A stretch of 64,000 nt of DNA. Source: Vicinamibacterales bacterium. Lineage in GTDB: Bacteria; Acidobacteriota; Vicinamibacteria; Vicinamibacterales; UBA2999. The stretch lies in assembly GCA_036407095.1 (NCBI GenBank), contig DASWZV010000163.1, positions 57,105 through 121,104 of the forward strand, written 5' to 3'. Made by a program: the position numbers and the translations under genes. Position 1 is the first letter of the stretch; each line of letters starts with the position of its first letter. Shown here piece by piece: positions 54,167 through 63,038 of this stretch. Below the pieces are notes generated by a model. The model worked only from the letters and a program-made list of their open reading frames with translations. It was not told the DNA's origin and made no database searches.

Positions 54167-55883
54167 TTAGGGTGTGGTCGCAGTTCCGACGATCCTCAGG
54201 TTCTTCGGCGTGACTGGGAGCGCTCCACCGCCAGCCGTGGGGATGACTAACAGCGTGATGCTCTGAGCGGGCACCGACACCGAGAAGCTCGAGCCGCCAA
54301 TGGTGATATCGGCCAGGCGCATGATGTTGTTCGCGCTCGTCAACTGCCACACCTGGGCAGACGAGCCGGGAACGAAGTTCGAGAGGTTCACGGTGGTGGC
54401 CGTCGTCCCGGTCAGCACTTTGGCAATGACCATGATCGTCAACGCACGATCCGACGAACGCAGCGCCGCAAACGCGGATACGGCATCGGGATTCGGCGTC
54501 GAGGCAGCGACGCTGGTGTCGCCGAACCCTGAGCGATTGCCGTCGTAGTTGCGATACATCTTCATCGCCTTGTACGTGGCGTCGTCGACGCCGGCGTCGC
54601 CCACCGCGCGCCCATGTCCAATCCCTCGCGGCCGAAGATGCCGTCGATGTCGGCCTGCGTGGTCGCGCCGTTGATGTGGTTCTCGGCGCCCCAGTTGTAT
54701 TCGGTGATGCCAGTCGCCGTGCCGGGATCGTAGGTGTTGACCCAGTTCTTCAACCGCGGGATCAGCTGCACGCGATCGCTGATCCACGTCTCGTCGATGT
54801 AGGAGGGATCCCACAACGACCGCGTCGATCGATTCCGGCGCTGCTGCATCGCGGTCGACACATCGTCGCTGAACTCGCCACCCTGCGGGTAGTAGTGCAC
54901 GGTGAAGACGTCGAGCAGCCGTCTTCCGTTGGCCGTGTCGTTCTGTCTGAGCGCACCAAGCAGCCACGGCAGATAATCCACGCCGCCGTGGTTGGTTCGA
55001 TCGGGGAGAACGCTCCAGCCGTGGGTGTTGCCGTACTGCTGGTCGTAGCCGCTGAAGAAGTACCCACTCCAGCCCCACTCTTCGGGTCCGACAACCAGCG
55101 CCGACGGATCGACCGCTTTGATCCGGTTGGCGTAGTCGATCATCTTGTCGCGGATCTCGTCGAGCGTCTGGCCGGTCGGGTGCACGTCGCGATGCGTCGC
55201 GTGCCAGAGGCTCGGCTCGTTGTCGAGGATGTAGTAACGCAGACCGCCGTTCGCATTCGTGCCCCAGCGTGTCACGAGATGCTGGACCCACTGCTGCTGG
55301 AGCAGCGACGTCGACGGCACGTTGGCATCCGCGGGATCGTTGCCGGTGACGTACTGCCCACCTGGCCGGATGCCGTTGCCCGCATCGGGCATGAATTGCG
55401 AGTCGTTTCCGGTCTGCGGCCCGTACTTCGCGATCGAAAAGCTGGCCAGCTTGCTGCGGCCCGGCCCCACCTTCGCCACCCAGTCGATCAACGGGATGGT
55501 GAGCATCACCTGCGCGTTCGCGGCTTGGGCGTTGGCAATGAACGTGTCGCCGCGTTCACCTTGCGTCGCGCTCGAATCACCGATACTTTCGAAAAGAAGT
55601 CGCTTCCCCGGTTGTCGGCGTTCTGCTGCCAGTTGTATCGCGTCGTGTTGTTGCCGCCGTTTCGATTCAGCGGGCTATTGAGGTCGCTCAGTTGCGTGCT
55701 GGTGGCATGGGCGACACCGTAGATGTTTGGGTTGATCGGATGCCGGTTCGCTCCGACATCGACGGTGATCGTGATGGCCGTCTGTGCCCCCGGCGCCGCG
55801 ATCGTCAGGGACGCGGCGGCCACGGCCACACCGGCCGCCCGCATGAACGTTGGACGCACTTCGAGATGGGCAAGCGCTGACAT
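54167..55883 (-). pseudogene. glycoside hydrolase family 44-like gene interrupted by two -1 frameshifts
   Basis: Three consecutive frames carry one continuous GH44-like sequence: 55883->~55596, ~55595->~54603, and ~54600->54167. The breaks fall in an A4 run (55592-55595) and a C3 run (54600-54602). Confidence 0.7.
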
Positions 55884-56044
55884 GTTGAGGTAGGGGACTG
55901 CGCGGGCCTACGCACGATCAGTGCCGAAGCAGATTGGCTCACAGTTGCGCCGTCGCGAGTTTCCCGTCTCCGGGAGCGTGACGGCTCACAAGACAGAAAT
56001 GATGTGCCGTGCATCCATTTCTTCCGCGGCGATCGACGGTAGTG

Positions 56045-56869
56045 CTAGACGATGCGCGCCAGGACGGAGACACCGATGATGATCATCGTGATTCCGGCCA
56101 CTCGCCCCACCAACGCTGGAGCCGGGCCGATCCGCTCGAGGAACACGAACACCGCGAGCGCGGCGACCCAGACCAGATTCATCACGCCGACCACGAACAA
56201 CACGCACATCAGCGCCCAGCAGCATCCGAGGCAGAAGGTGCCGTGCTCGACGCCCATCCGAAACGGCCCGCCGCGCCCGTTCTTCCACTTCGTCAGCAGG
56301 AATGCGAGCGGGCTTCGACAATGAGCGAGACAGGCACCCTTGAGCGGCGTCAGCTGATACACGCCCGCCCCGATGAGAATCGCGCCCTCGATGAGCGGGT
56401 TCGACGCGGTCATCGCGGGAGAGAGCATCGCTGTCTCGTGGAGCGTCCACTGGGCAATCGTCGCCACCAGGCTGAATGCGGTCCACACCGCGGCGTACCC
56501 GAGCGAGAACGCCAGCGTGGCAAGCGCGACATCGCCTTGTTCGCGAGCTGTCCGCGTCGCTCCAAAGACCAGCAGCACAGGTACGGCTGACACACCCATC
56601 ATGCCGACCATCATGACGGTCCACATCACGAACGTGAGGAGAAGATCGACGGGTGTCCATGGTGTTCCCACCATGCCCATCGCCGCCATGACCACCCCGT
56701 CGTGACCAGACAGGGACATTCGTCGACCGAGCACGACGAGATACGCCCATGCGAGCGCGACGACGATGACGAGGCAGGTCGAGATGAGGATGCGATCGCG
56801 TCGGGGCACTGAGATGCAGTGTATCCGGCGCAGGCGGCCCGCCCACATGGTCGTGGCGGCAAATCTCAT
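56045..56869 (-). CDS. DUF2182-family predicted metal-binding membrane protein
   Basis: Uses the internal ATG at 56869 (56848 also possible). Polytopic. Met-rich FVMWTVMMVGMM. Motif QLTPLKGACLAHCRSP. Confidence 0.7.
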   Translation of the reverse strand: MRFAATTMWAGRLRRIHCISVPRRDRILISTCLVIVVALAWAYLVVLGRRMSLSGHDGVVMAAMGMVGTPWTPVDLLLTFVMWTVMMVGMMGVSAVPVLLVFGATRTAREQGDVALATLAFSLGYAAVWTAFSLVATIAQWTLHETAMLSPAMTASNPLIEGAILIGAGVYQLTPLKGACLAHCRSPLAFLLTKWKNGRGGPFRMGVEHGTFCLGCCWALMCVLFVVGVMNLVWVAALAVFVFLERIGPAPALVGRVAGITMIIIGVSVLARIV

Positions 56870-57402
56870 GAAACATGGGCGGGACGGGTGATGCCGCCGA
56901 GGCATGGAAGCTGCACACTCGAAATGACATGTCCAACATGAGTGCCATCCCTGAGCTGGACACATCGCGTAAGCAAACCCCTCAGCTGAAGCGGCCATCG
57001 AAGCCTGAACCCGGGATCGTGCATCTGCCCGAGACCGAGAAGGACGTGCTCGACAAAGACGATCAGGCCGACAGCGGTCCTGACAAGGACAACCCTCTCA
57101 CGCAATCGCGCCCCTGAGGCAAAGAGCAGCCGACCCGCGGCGTGACGCCACACTCTCGGAACTTCCCGGTGGCTGAGGCGTGCTGATTCAGGCACACGTC
57201 GTGCGTCTGCTCGACCCCGATCTGTCCGCGTCCTCGCCGCTGCGTATGATTTCAGCGCGAGCCTGCGACCTCACATCTTTCGTTTCTACGGTCCCATGGA
57301 GCCGTTCTTCGACAAGACGTGGACACTGGACGACATCGAGAAGCTGTGAGAGGTCTCGATCGTCGCCCACGGGCCACCACGCCTGTGCGATGATGCGCGC
57401 CT

Positions 57403-58482
57403 ATGACGACGAAGCGCGCGTGGTTGCTGCTGGCCGTGGCCGCGTTGATATCCTCGTCCACGAGCGTCCGGACGCAGGAGACGCGATATCCGATGACGAT
57501 CGTCGCGCCGGGCAAGGGGCCGTTCTCGTTTCCTCCCGGCTATCAGACGCCGTGGGACAAGATCGACATCATGGTGACCGAGAAGATGTCACCGAATCTT
57601 TTCGTGCTGCATGGGTCGCAAGGACTCGATCCCGCGCACCCCGATGCCTCCGGCGGCCGAGCCATGGTGCTCTTCGGACCCGACGGCGTCCTGATGGTCG
57701 ACACGCAGAACAGACAGGTCGCGGACAAGACACTGAAAGCGATTCGCTCGTTCACCGACGCGCCGATCAAGGTTCTCGTCAACACGCACATTCACAGCGA
57801 CCACACCGGCGCGAACGCCTTCTTCGCGAAACAGGGCGCGTTGATCTTCTCGCAGGAGAACCTGCGCAACGAGATGGTGCGTCCGCCAGCGCGTGCCGGC
57901 GGCCAGCCCGCGCCGACCATCGACATGACCGGCGTGCCGATCGTGACCTACAACTACACCGCCGGCGCGCCGGGTCAACCGGCTGCGACGTTCACCATGA
58001 ACGGTGAGATCGTCGACTTCATACCCATGATGCCGTCACACACCGCCGGCGACACGATCGTGCGTTTCCGGAAGGCGAATGTGATCTACATCGAGGACTT
58101 CTACCGTAACTTCGGCTACCCGTTCGCCGATCAAGCCAATGGCGGATCGATCAAGGGCATGCTCGACGCGATCGATCTCATCGAGAAGCTGGCGGACGCC
58201 GGCACGACGCTCGTCCCCGGTCATGGGACGCTGGTGAAGAAGGGGGACCTGCTGCCCTATCGCGCCATGCTGGTGGACATCCTCGCCAAGGTGAAGACGC
58301 TGCGCGATCAGGGCAAGTCGCTGAAAGAAGTGCTCGCCGCGAACCTGACGGCGCCGTACGACAAAACGACGCTTGGCGACACGCAGCAGAGCAAAGACCG
58401 GTTCATCACCGAAGCCTACGACGAGGTCAAGGACTTCCCGCCGATCGTCGACGGCAAGCGGACGATGGCGGTGCATCCGTAA
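57403..58482 (+). CDS. secreted MBL-fold metallo-hydrolase
   Basis: Signal peptide. Intact VNTHIHSDHTGAN motif. Confidence 0.85.
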   Translation: MTTKRAWLLLAVAALISSSTSVRTQETRYPMTIVAPGKGPFSFPPGYQTPWDKIDIMVTEKMSPNLFVLHGSQGLDPAHPDASGGRAMVLFGPDGVLMVDTQNRQVADKTLKAIRSFTDAPIKVLVNTHIHSDHTGANAFFAKQGALIFSQENLRNEMVRPPARAGGQPAPTIDMTGVPIVTYNYTAGAPGQPAATFTMNGEIVDFIPMMPSHTAGDTIVRFRKANVIYIEDFYRNFGYPFADQANGGSIKGMLDAIDLIEKLADAGTTLVPGHGTLVKKGDLLPYRAMLVDILAKVKTLRDQGKSLKEVLAANLTAPYDKTTLGDTQQSKDRFITEAYDEVKDFPPIVDGKRTMAVHP

Positions 58483-58597
58483 TGCGAGATGCAGAATCAA
58501 TGCAAAATGCAAAAGTCAAAATGCAAAAGGGCTTGGTGATTCTTCGAAGGACGGAGACCTTTTGGCATTTTGCATTTTGAATTTTGCATTTCGATTA
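58482..58597. repeat. AT-rich palindrome built from ATGCAAA / TTTGCAT heptamers
   Basis: The left arm 58482-58530 has ~5 ATGCAAA-type heptamers and the right arm 58558-58597 has ~5 TTTTGCA-type heptamers. A 27-bp core separates them. The palindrome overlaps the last ~27 codons of the QueA-like ORF. Confidence 0.85.
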
Positions 58598-59622
58598 GCA
58601 ACAAGAAGAGAGTCACCGAATTCGTGTGTGCGGTACGAGTGGGCTTCGGCTTCGGCGATCACCTGTCTCAATACCCCGTCATCCTGGAACGCCCGCAAGA
58701 GTTCGAAGTGACTCGTGCCGGGTTCGTGCTGGCCCGTGACCAGCGCGTCGACGATTCGGAGCGGCGTGAGCGGACCGACACGCAGCGTCGCCACCTCGGG
58801 GCCTGAGCGCACGCGGCCATCGCGTGCAGCGGCGTCTTCCAGGGCGCGAACGACGGTTGTGCCGATCGCGATGATGCGCCGATCGCGGCGGCGGGTCGCA
58901 TCGATGAGCGCCGCTGTCGATGTCGGAATGTCGTACGGCTCGTCCAGCGGGAGGAGCGCGTCGAGGTCGGGATCACCGGTCGAGGAAATGCCCGCGGCGT
59001 GCGTGATCGTCGCGAAGGCGGCGCCTCTCGCGCGCAACGCGGCGATGACCCGCCAGTCGAGGATGAACCCCGCCGACGGGGGTTCGAACGCGACGGGACG
59101 ACTCGCGATTCGTGTCCATGTATCCCAAATCGCCAACGGCTGTCCGAGGTGTGCGTATTGGATCGGGCGGCCGTGCCGGGCGAGCCCTTCCCAGATTCCC
59201 TCGACGGAACCATCGAAGTCGATCTCGATGAGCCGGGGATGACCCAGGACGTTCCGGACGCGGGCACGCAACGGGCCCAGCTGCAGGACATCGCCAGGCC
59301 TGATCGTCGGCGGAAGCGGCCGCCGCTCGGTCGGCGTACGGAAGTCGCCCGCTCCGAATGCCACCGCGATGAATCGCCTGACGTCCCGCGCGAGGATCGA
59401 TCGCCGTCCCGCGAGCCGGAGCTCTACCGGGCTCGACGTCGCCTGGTGGGTCCCGGAGAGGCTCGCCGGAAGCGTTGCGGCGTCGTTGGCGATCACGAGA
59501 TCTCCACTCGCCACGAACGAGGGAAAGTCGGCGCGCCGACGATGCGTGATGCAGCCGGCGGCATCGACGACGAGAAGCCTGGCGTCGGCGGGACGTTGAA
59601 CAGCGACGGTGGCCGGGATCAT
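58516..59622 (-). CDS. divergent S-adenosylmethionine:tRNA ribosyltransferase-isomerase (QueA)-like protein
   Basis: ARLLVVDAAG...SGDLVIANDAATLPASLSG at the N-terminus. IGTTVVRALE. HEFGDSLLV near the usual C-terminus. The tail ANRNAKFKMQNAKRSPSFEE... is encoded by the palindrome. Confidence 0.65.
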   Translation of the reverse strand: MIPATVAVQRPADARLLVVDAAGCITHRRRADFPSFVASGDLVIANDAATLPASLSGTHQATSSPVELRLAGRRSILARDVRRFIAVAFGAGDFRTPTERRPLPPTIRPGDVLQLGPLRARVRNVLGHPRLIEIDFDGSVEGIWEGLARHGRPIQYAHLGQPLAIWDTWTRIASRPVAFEPPSAGFILDWRVIAALRARGAAFATITHAAGISSTGDPDLDALLPLDEPYDIPTSTAALIDATRRRDRRIIAIGTTVVRALEDAAARDGRVRSGPEVATLRVGPLTPLRIVDALVTGQHEPGTSHFELLRAFQDDGVLRQVIAEAEAHSYRTHEFGDSLLVANRNAKFKMQNAKRSPSFEESPSPFAF

Positions 59623-60338
59623 CGAGTGATCTCCAACGCACCCGAGTGCGAGCCCACACGGGCGGCGATGAGCTGAACGATCTCCGCCGCCGCCGCGTCC
59701 GGGCTTTTCAACTGGGAACGATCGGCGTCAGGGACAGCCAGGCTATGCAGCGGCGTGTCCATGTCGCCGGGATCGATCGACACGATGCGAATGCCTTCGG
59801 CCGCCAGTTCTTCGTTCCAGATCCGACTGAGATGATGGAGCGCGGCCTTGCTGGCGCCGTACGCACCCCAGCCCGGGTACGGATTGATTGCGGCGTCGCT
59901 CGAGATATTGACCACGAGCGGCGCACGTCCGTCGCGTGCCGATGCCGCCAGCGCGCCGAGCAGCGCTTTGGTCAGGCGAAACGGTCCGAGGACGTTGGTG
60001 CCGAACGCGATCTCGAGGTCTTCGCATTCGGTGTCGGCGAGCGGCGCCAGCGGCACCGGGCCGAGTGAGGACGCATTGTTGACGAGGACATCGAGCCCAC
60101 CCAGGGCCCCGAGTACCTGGATCGCGATCGGGTGAACGTCGTCCTTGCGTGAGACGTCGCCGACGATGCCGCAGGCATCGGGCCGTTCGCGACAGGTGCG
60201 CTCGACCCCCTTCCGACCGCGCGCGACGAACGCGACGTGGGCTTTCCCGTCCAGTAACCGCCGGACGAGCGCGAGCCCCAGACCTGACGTTCCACCGGTC
60301 ACCGCGACCCTGAGTCCTGCGAGAGATGGTTCAGACAT
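59619..60338 (-). CDS. SDR-family oxidoreductase
   Basis: ATG 60338 follows an AGGAG RBS at 60344-60348. VTGGTSGLG. AYGASKAAL (YxxxK). There is a 4-nt overlap with the QueA-like start. Confidence 0.85.
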   Translation of the reverse strand: MSEPSLAGLRVAVTGGTSGLGLALVRRLLDGKAHVAFVARGRKGVERTCRERPDACGIVGDVSRKDDVHPIAIQVLGALGGLDVLVNNASSLGPVPLAPLADTECEDLEIAFGTNVLGPFRLTKALLGALAASARDGRAPLVVNISSDAAINPYPGWGAYGASKAALHHLSRIWNEELAAEGIRIVSIDPGDMDTPLHSLAVPDADRSQLKSPDAAAAEIVQLIAARVGSHSGALEITR

Positions 60339-60364
60339 GACCGCTCCTGTGATTGACACCTCAC

Positions 60365-60395
60365 AGGCTACAAGTTAAAGTTAACTTTAAGTCAA
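60365..60395 (-). promoter_or_regulatory. MerR/SoxR-type promoter: -35 TTGACT, 19-bp spacer with SoxR-box-like palindrome, -10 TAGCCT
   Basis: On the minus strand, the -35 is at 60390-60395 and the -10 at 60365-70. A perfect 16-bp palindrome TTAAAGTTAACTTTAA (60375-60390) carries the AAGTTAACTT core. It lies between the divergent soxR and SDR genes. Confidence 0.65.
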
Positions 60396-60411
60396 GCGCT
60401 CCAGCTCCGCC

Positions 60412-60870
60412 ATGTCGGATCTCATGACCATCACCGAGGTCGCGCGCCGCAGCGGCGTCGCCGCCTCCGCGCTGCGGTTCTACGAATCGCGCGGCCTGAT
60501 CACGTCCGAGCGTGCCGGCTCGGGCCATCGGCGGTATCTGCGCGCAGTGCTGCGGCGGATCGCGTTCATCGTGTTCGCGCAGAAGATCGGCCTGTCGCTC
60601 GACGAGATCGCCGTCGAGCTCTCGAAGCTGCCCCACAACCGCGTGCCCGAGCGAGCCGACTGGGGGAAACTGTCGGCTAGCTGGACCCGGCGGGTCGACG
60701 ATCGGATCGAGGAACTGCAGCGGCTCAAGGCAGGGCTGACGCAATGCATCGGGTGTGGATGCCTGACGCTGCACCAGTGCCAGCTCGCCAATCCGGGAGA
60801 TGCGGTTGGACAGGCCGGACCGGGGCCGCGGTTTTGGATTGGACGGCCACGACGCGCTCAGAGTACGTAA
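60412..60870 (+). CDS. soxR: redox-sensitive transcriptional activator SoxR (MerR family, 2Fe-2S)
   Basis: MerR HTH LMTITEVARRSGVAASALRFYESRGLI. Cluster motif CIGCGCLTLHQC. Confidence 0.9.
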   Translation: MSDLMTITEVARRSGVAASALRFYESRGLITSERAGSGHRRYLRAVLRRIAFIVFAQKIGLSLDEIAVELSKLPHNRVPERADWGKLSASWTRRVDDRIEELQRLKAGLTQCIGCGCLTLHQCQLANPGDAVGQAGPGPRFWIGRPRRAQST

Positions 60871-60920
60871 GCGGCACCCTTCAGCGCGGCCGATAAACCG
60901 GAGAAGTCGAATTCCTTCCT

Positions 60921-61383
60921 GACGCTCGGTCGGTGCGATCCCCCCGCACGATAGTCGGTGCGATCCTCACTGACGATAATCGGTGCGATCCTGCTGAACG
61001 ATAGTCGGTGCGATTCTGTCTGACGATAGTCGGTGCGATCCCTTCTGACGATGGTCGGTGCGATTCTGCTGAACGATAGTCGGTGCGATCCCTGTGGCAA
61101 TCGTCGGCGCGATCGGTCTAACGCGTGTCGGTGCGATCCTGCCGAACGATAAGTCGATGCGATCTCGGTAACGAAGGATCGTGCGGTGCTTGGGCACAAC
61201 CGCACGAACCACCCCCGCACCGACAATCGTCAGAAGGGATCGCACCGACCGTCGTCAGTCGGATCGCACCGACTATAGTCAGACAACATCGCACCGACTA
61301 TCGTCAGGAAAGATCGCACCGACCGTCGTCAGCTGGATCGCACCGACTGGCATCAGCAGGATCGCACCGACGATCGTCAGGCA
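60921..61383. repeat. two convergent arrays of a 25-bp tandem repeat (about 10 forward + 6-7 reverse copies) around a central hairpin
   Basis: Forward cores CGGTGCGATC start at 60931, 60956, 60981, 61006, 61031, 61056, 61081, 61105, 61129 and 61155. Reverse cores GATCGCACCG start at 61238, 61262, 61287, 61312, 61336 and 61360. The centre is GTGCGGT-N11-ACCGCAC at 61181-61205. Confidence 0.9.
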
Positions 61384-61389
61384 GGCCGA

Positions 61390-62019
61390 TCAGAATTTTC
61401 CCGGGAACTGCTTGACGATCCCATCCGACAACGCATCCGACATCGTCAGGATGTGCGCGTAGACCGCGTCGAATGCGCGGACGTCAGCATCCCAGTTCTT
61501 CGTCAGCCGCGCGACGACTTCGTCCGTCGTCGTCGAGAGATGCTTGTTCATCATCTCGACCAGCGTGGCGCGCGGCCAGTTCGGGTTCGCACCGCTCAGG
61601 AACTCGGCGATCGCTTCTCCGTTGCGATGCCACTTCGCATCCGCCTGCTGCTGCGACGCCTTGTCGCCCGCCTTCGCGGCCTTGATCAGATCGACGGCGA
61701 TCGCGATGTGCTCCTTGAGGAGCCCGGTCAACTTGTCTCCGGCGGGCTTCCCGTAGAACGTGGCTACTGCGGCCCCGATGTCTTCCTGATTCTTCATCAA
61801 CCGGTTGGCTGCCGCTTGGGTGTCTGGCTGATCTCCGATCGCCGCCACGATGTACTGCCGCGTCCAGACGACATGATCCGTCCACAACTTGCGCATGTCC
61901 TGGTGCAGCGTCACCGCAGCCGACGACGTCTCCGCCGCGTGATGTGCCGTCTGTGCCGCTGCGGGTGCCGCTGGTATCGAGCCGACGACGATGAGTGATG
62001 CGAACACCAATGCCTTCAT
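61390..62019 (-). CDS. secreted helical hypothetical protein, 209 aa
   Basis: Uses the internal ATG at 62019 (GGAGGA RBS). Signal peptide MKALVFASLIVVGSIPAAPAAA. The 187 aa upstream in ORF 61390..62580 are translated repeats. Confidence 0.65.
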   Translation of the reverse strand: MKALVFASLIVVGSIPAAPAAAQTAHHAAETSSAAVTLHQDMRKLWTDHVVWTRQYIVAAIGDQPDTQAAANRLMKNQEDIGAAVATFYGKPAGDKLTGLLKEHIAIAVDLIKAAKAGDKASQQQADAKWHRNGEAIAEFLSGANPNWPRATLVEMMNKHLSTTTDEVVARLTKNWDADVRAFDAVYAHILTMSDALSDGIVKQFPGKF

Positions 62020-62049
62020 GATGGTCCTCCTTGCCAAGCGGCGATTGTC

Positions 62050-62490
62050 AAGACTTTCACGCAGAGTTCGCCGAGGCGCAGAGATCGCGGAGGCTGATTT
62101 CGGAAGTACGGAGAAGCGTCTCGCACGGAGCCACGGAGAAACGGAGATCGGACGGAGCCGACTGCTAACCCACGTGTGAAACGCGAGTGGGGGCGTCGGC
62201 CTGCGGCCGACGCATGGGGCGAGAGTCGCTCGCGAAAACAAGCGCGGTACGCATTTCTGCCGCGTTTGTTTTCGTGTGCGGCTCTCGTCCCATCGCGCGC
62301 TGCGCGCGCGCCCCACCCGCGCCGGAACCGGTCGCAACCGGCGAGCCTCTGTCCGACCTCCGTGCCTTCGTGTCTCCGTGCGAACCGTGCCTCCGTACCG
62401 CCATGACGAACCCAACAACCTCTGCGAACTCCGCTCCTCTGCGTGCTCTGCGTGAAGGCTCTTCCCTGCGGCCTCCGCTCCCTCTGCACT
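62050..62490. repeat. family 1 repeat, locus D: ~100-bp arm of ACGGAG/GCAGAG motifs facing ~140-bp arm of CTCCGT/CTCTGC motifs
   Basis: Matching pairs are 62106-62113 with 62391-62398, 62121-62130 with 62374-62383, 62058-62066 with 62437-62445, and 62087-62094 with 62471-62478. A ~180-bp GC-rich core contains GTCGGCC-TGC-GGCCGAC. Confidence 0.8.
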
Positions 62491-62491
62491 C

Positions 62492-62905
62492 CTAGGCAGT
62501 GACGACGCGATGGGTCGCGGCCGAGGGCGCATCCGCCGTCGATAACACCTCAACTCCGCGCGCCAACGTGAAGGCGGCAATCGACATCACGACGTCGCGG
62601 ACGGCGATGTCGAAGTGGCCGCCGAGGGCGAGGTTCACGGCCACGAGGATCAGCCACGCGCTCGCGACGTACGCACCCAGCCGGGGCGCAGCGACGAGAA
62701 TGGCGATGCCGACGGCGATCTCGATCACGCCGACGATCCCCATGAAAGTGCTGACGGAAAACGGCAGCAGGCGCTCGGCCAGCGGGCTGACGTAGCCGCC
62801 CCAGTTCGCGAGCAGATTGAAGAACTTGTCGAGGCCGGCCAGCGCGGCGGTCAGCCCGAGGGCATAACGAAGCACGAGAAATGGCGTGACGAGTCGGGGG
62901 TCCAT
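62492..62905 (-). CDS. DoxX-like membrane protein
   Basis: ATG 62905 lies 9 nt after an AAGGAG RBS (the track GTG at 62914 abuts the RBS). There are 4 TM segments. LDKFFNLLANWGGYV. Confidence 0.6.
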   Translation of the reverse strand: MDPRLVTPFLVLRYALGLTAALAGLDKFFNLLANWGGYVSPLAERLLPFSVSTFMGIVGVIEIAVGIAILVAAPRLGAYVASAWLILVAVNLALGGHFDIAVRDVVMSIAAFTLARGVEVLSTADAPSAATHRVVTA

Positions 62906-62920
62906 ACGTGTCACCTCCTT

Positions 62921-62940
62921 GGGCCACCTGAAGGCGGCCC
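62921..62940. repeat. family 3 hairpin in the divergent promoter region
   Basis: GGGCCACC-TGAA-GGCGGCCC. Confidence 0.75.
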
Positions 62941-63038
62941 CTCCATACAGAACAGAGTGCGAGGCGCACAGAACGTGACAACCCCGACCGTTGTCACCTT
63001 TTAGCCGTTTGTTACTCTGTTAGGGGGAGGAGTCACTG

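Noticed and set aside
56875-57117. 80-aa ORF rich in Asp/Lys/Pro/Thr
   Set aside because: It is low-complexity with no clear RBS or motif. It might be a real small protein, but the sequence alone does not support a call.
60921-61383. Possible CRISPR array
   Set aside because: The repeat period is only ~25 bp with 4-6 variable bases, so there are no spacers of usable length. The two halves are in opposite orientation, and no cas genes are in the window.
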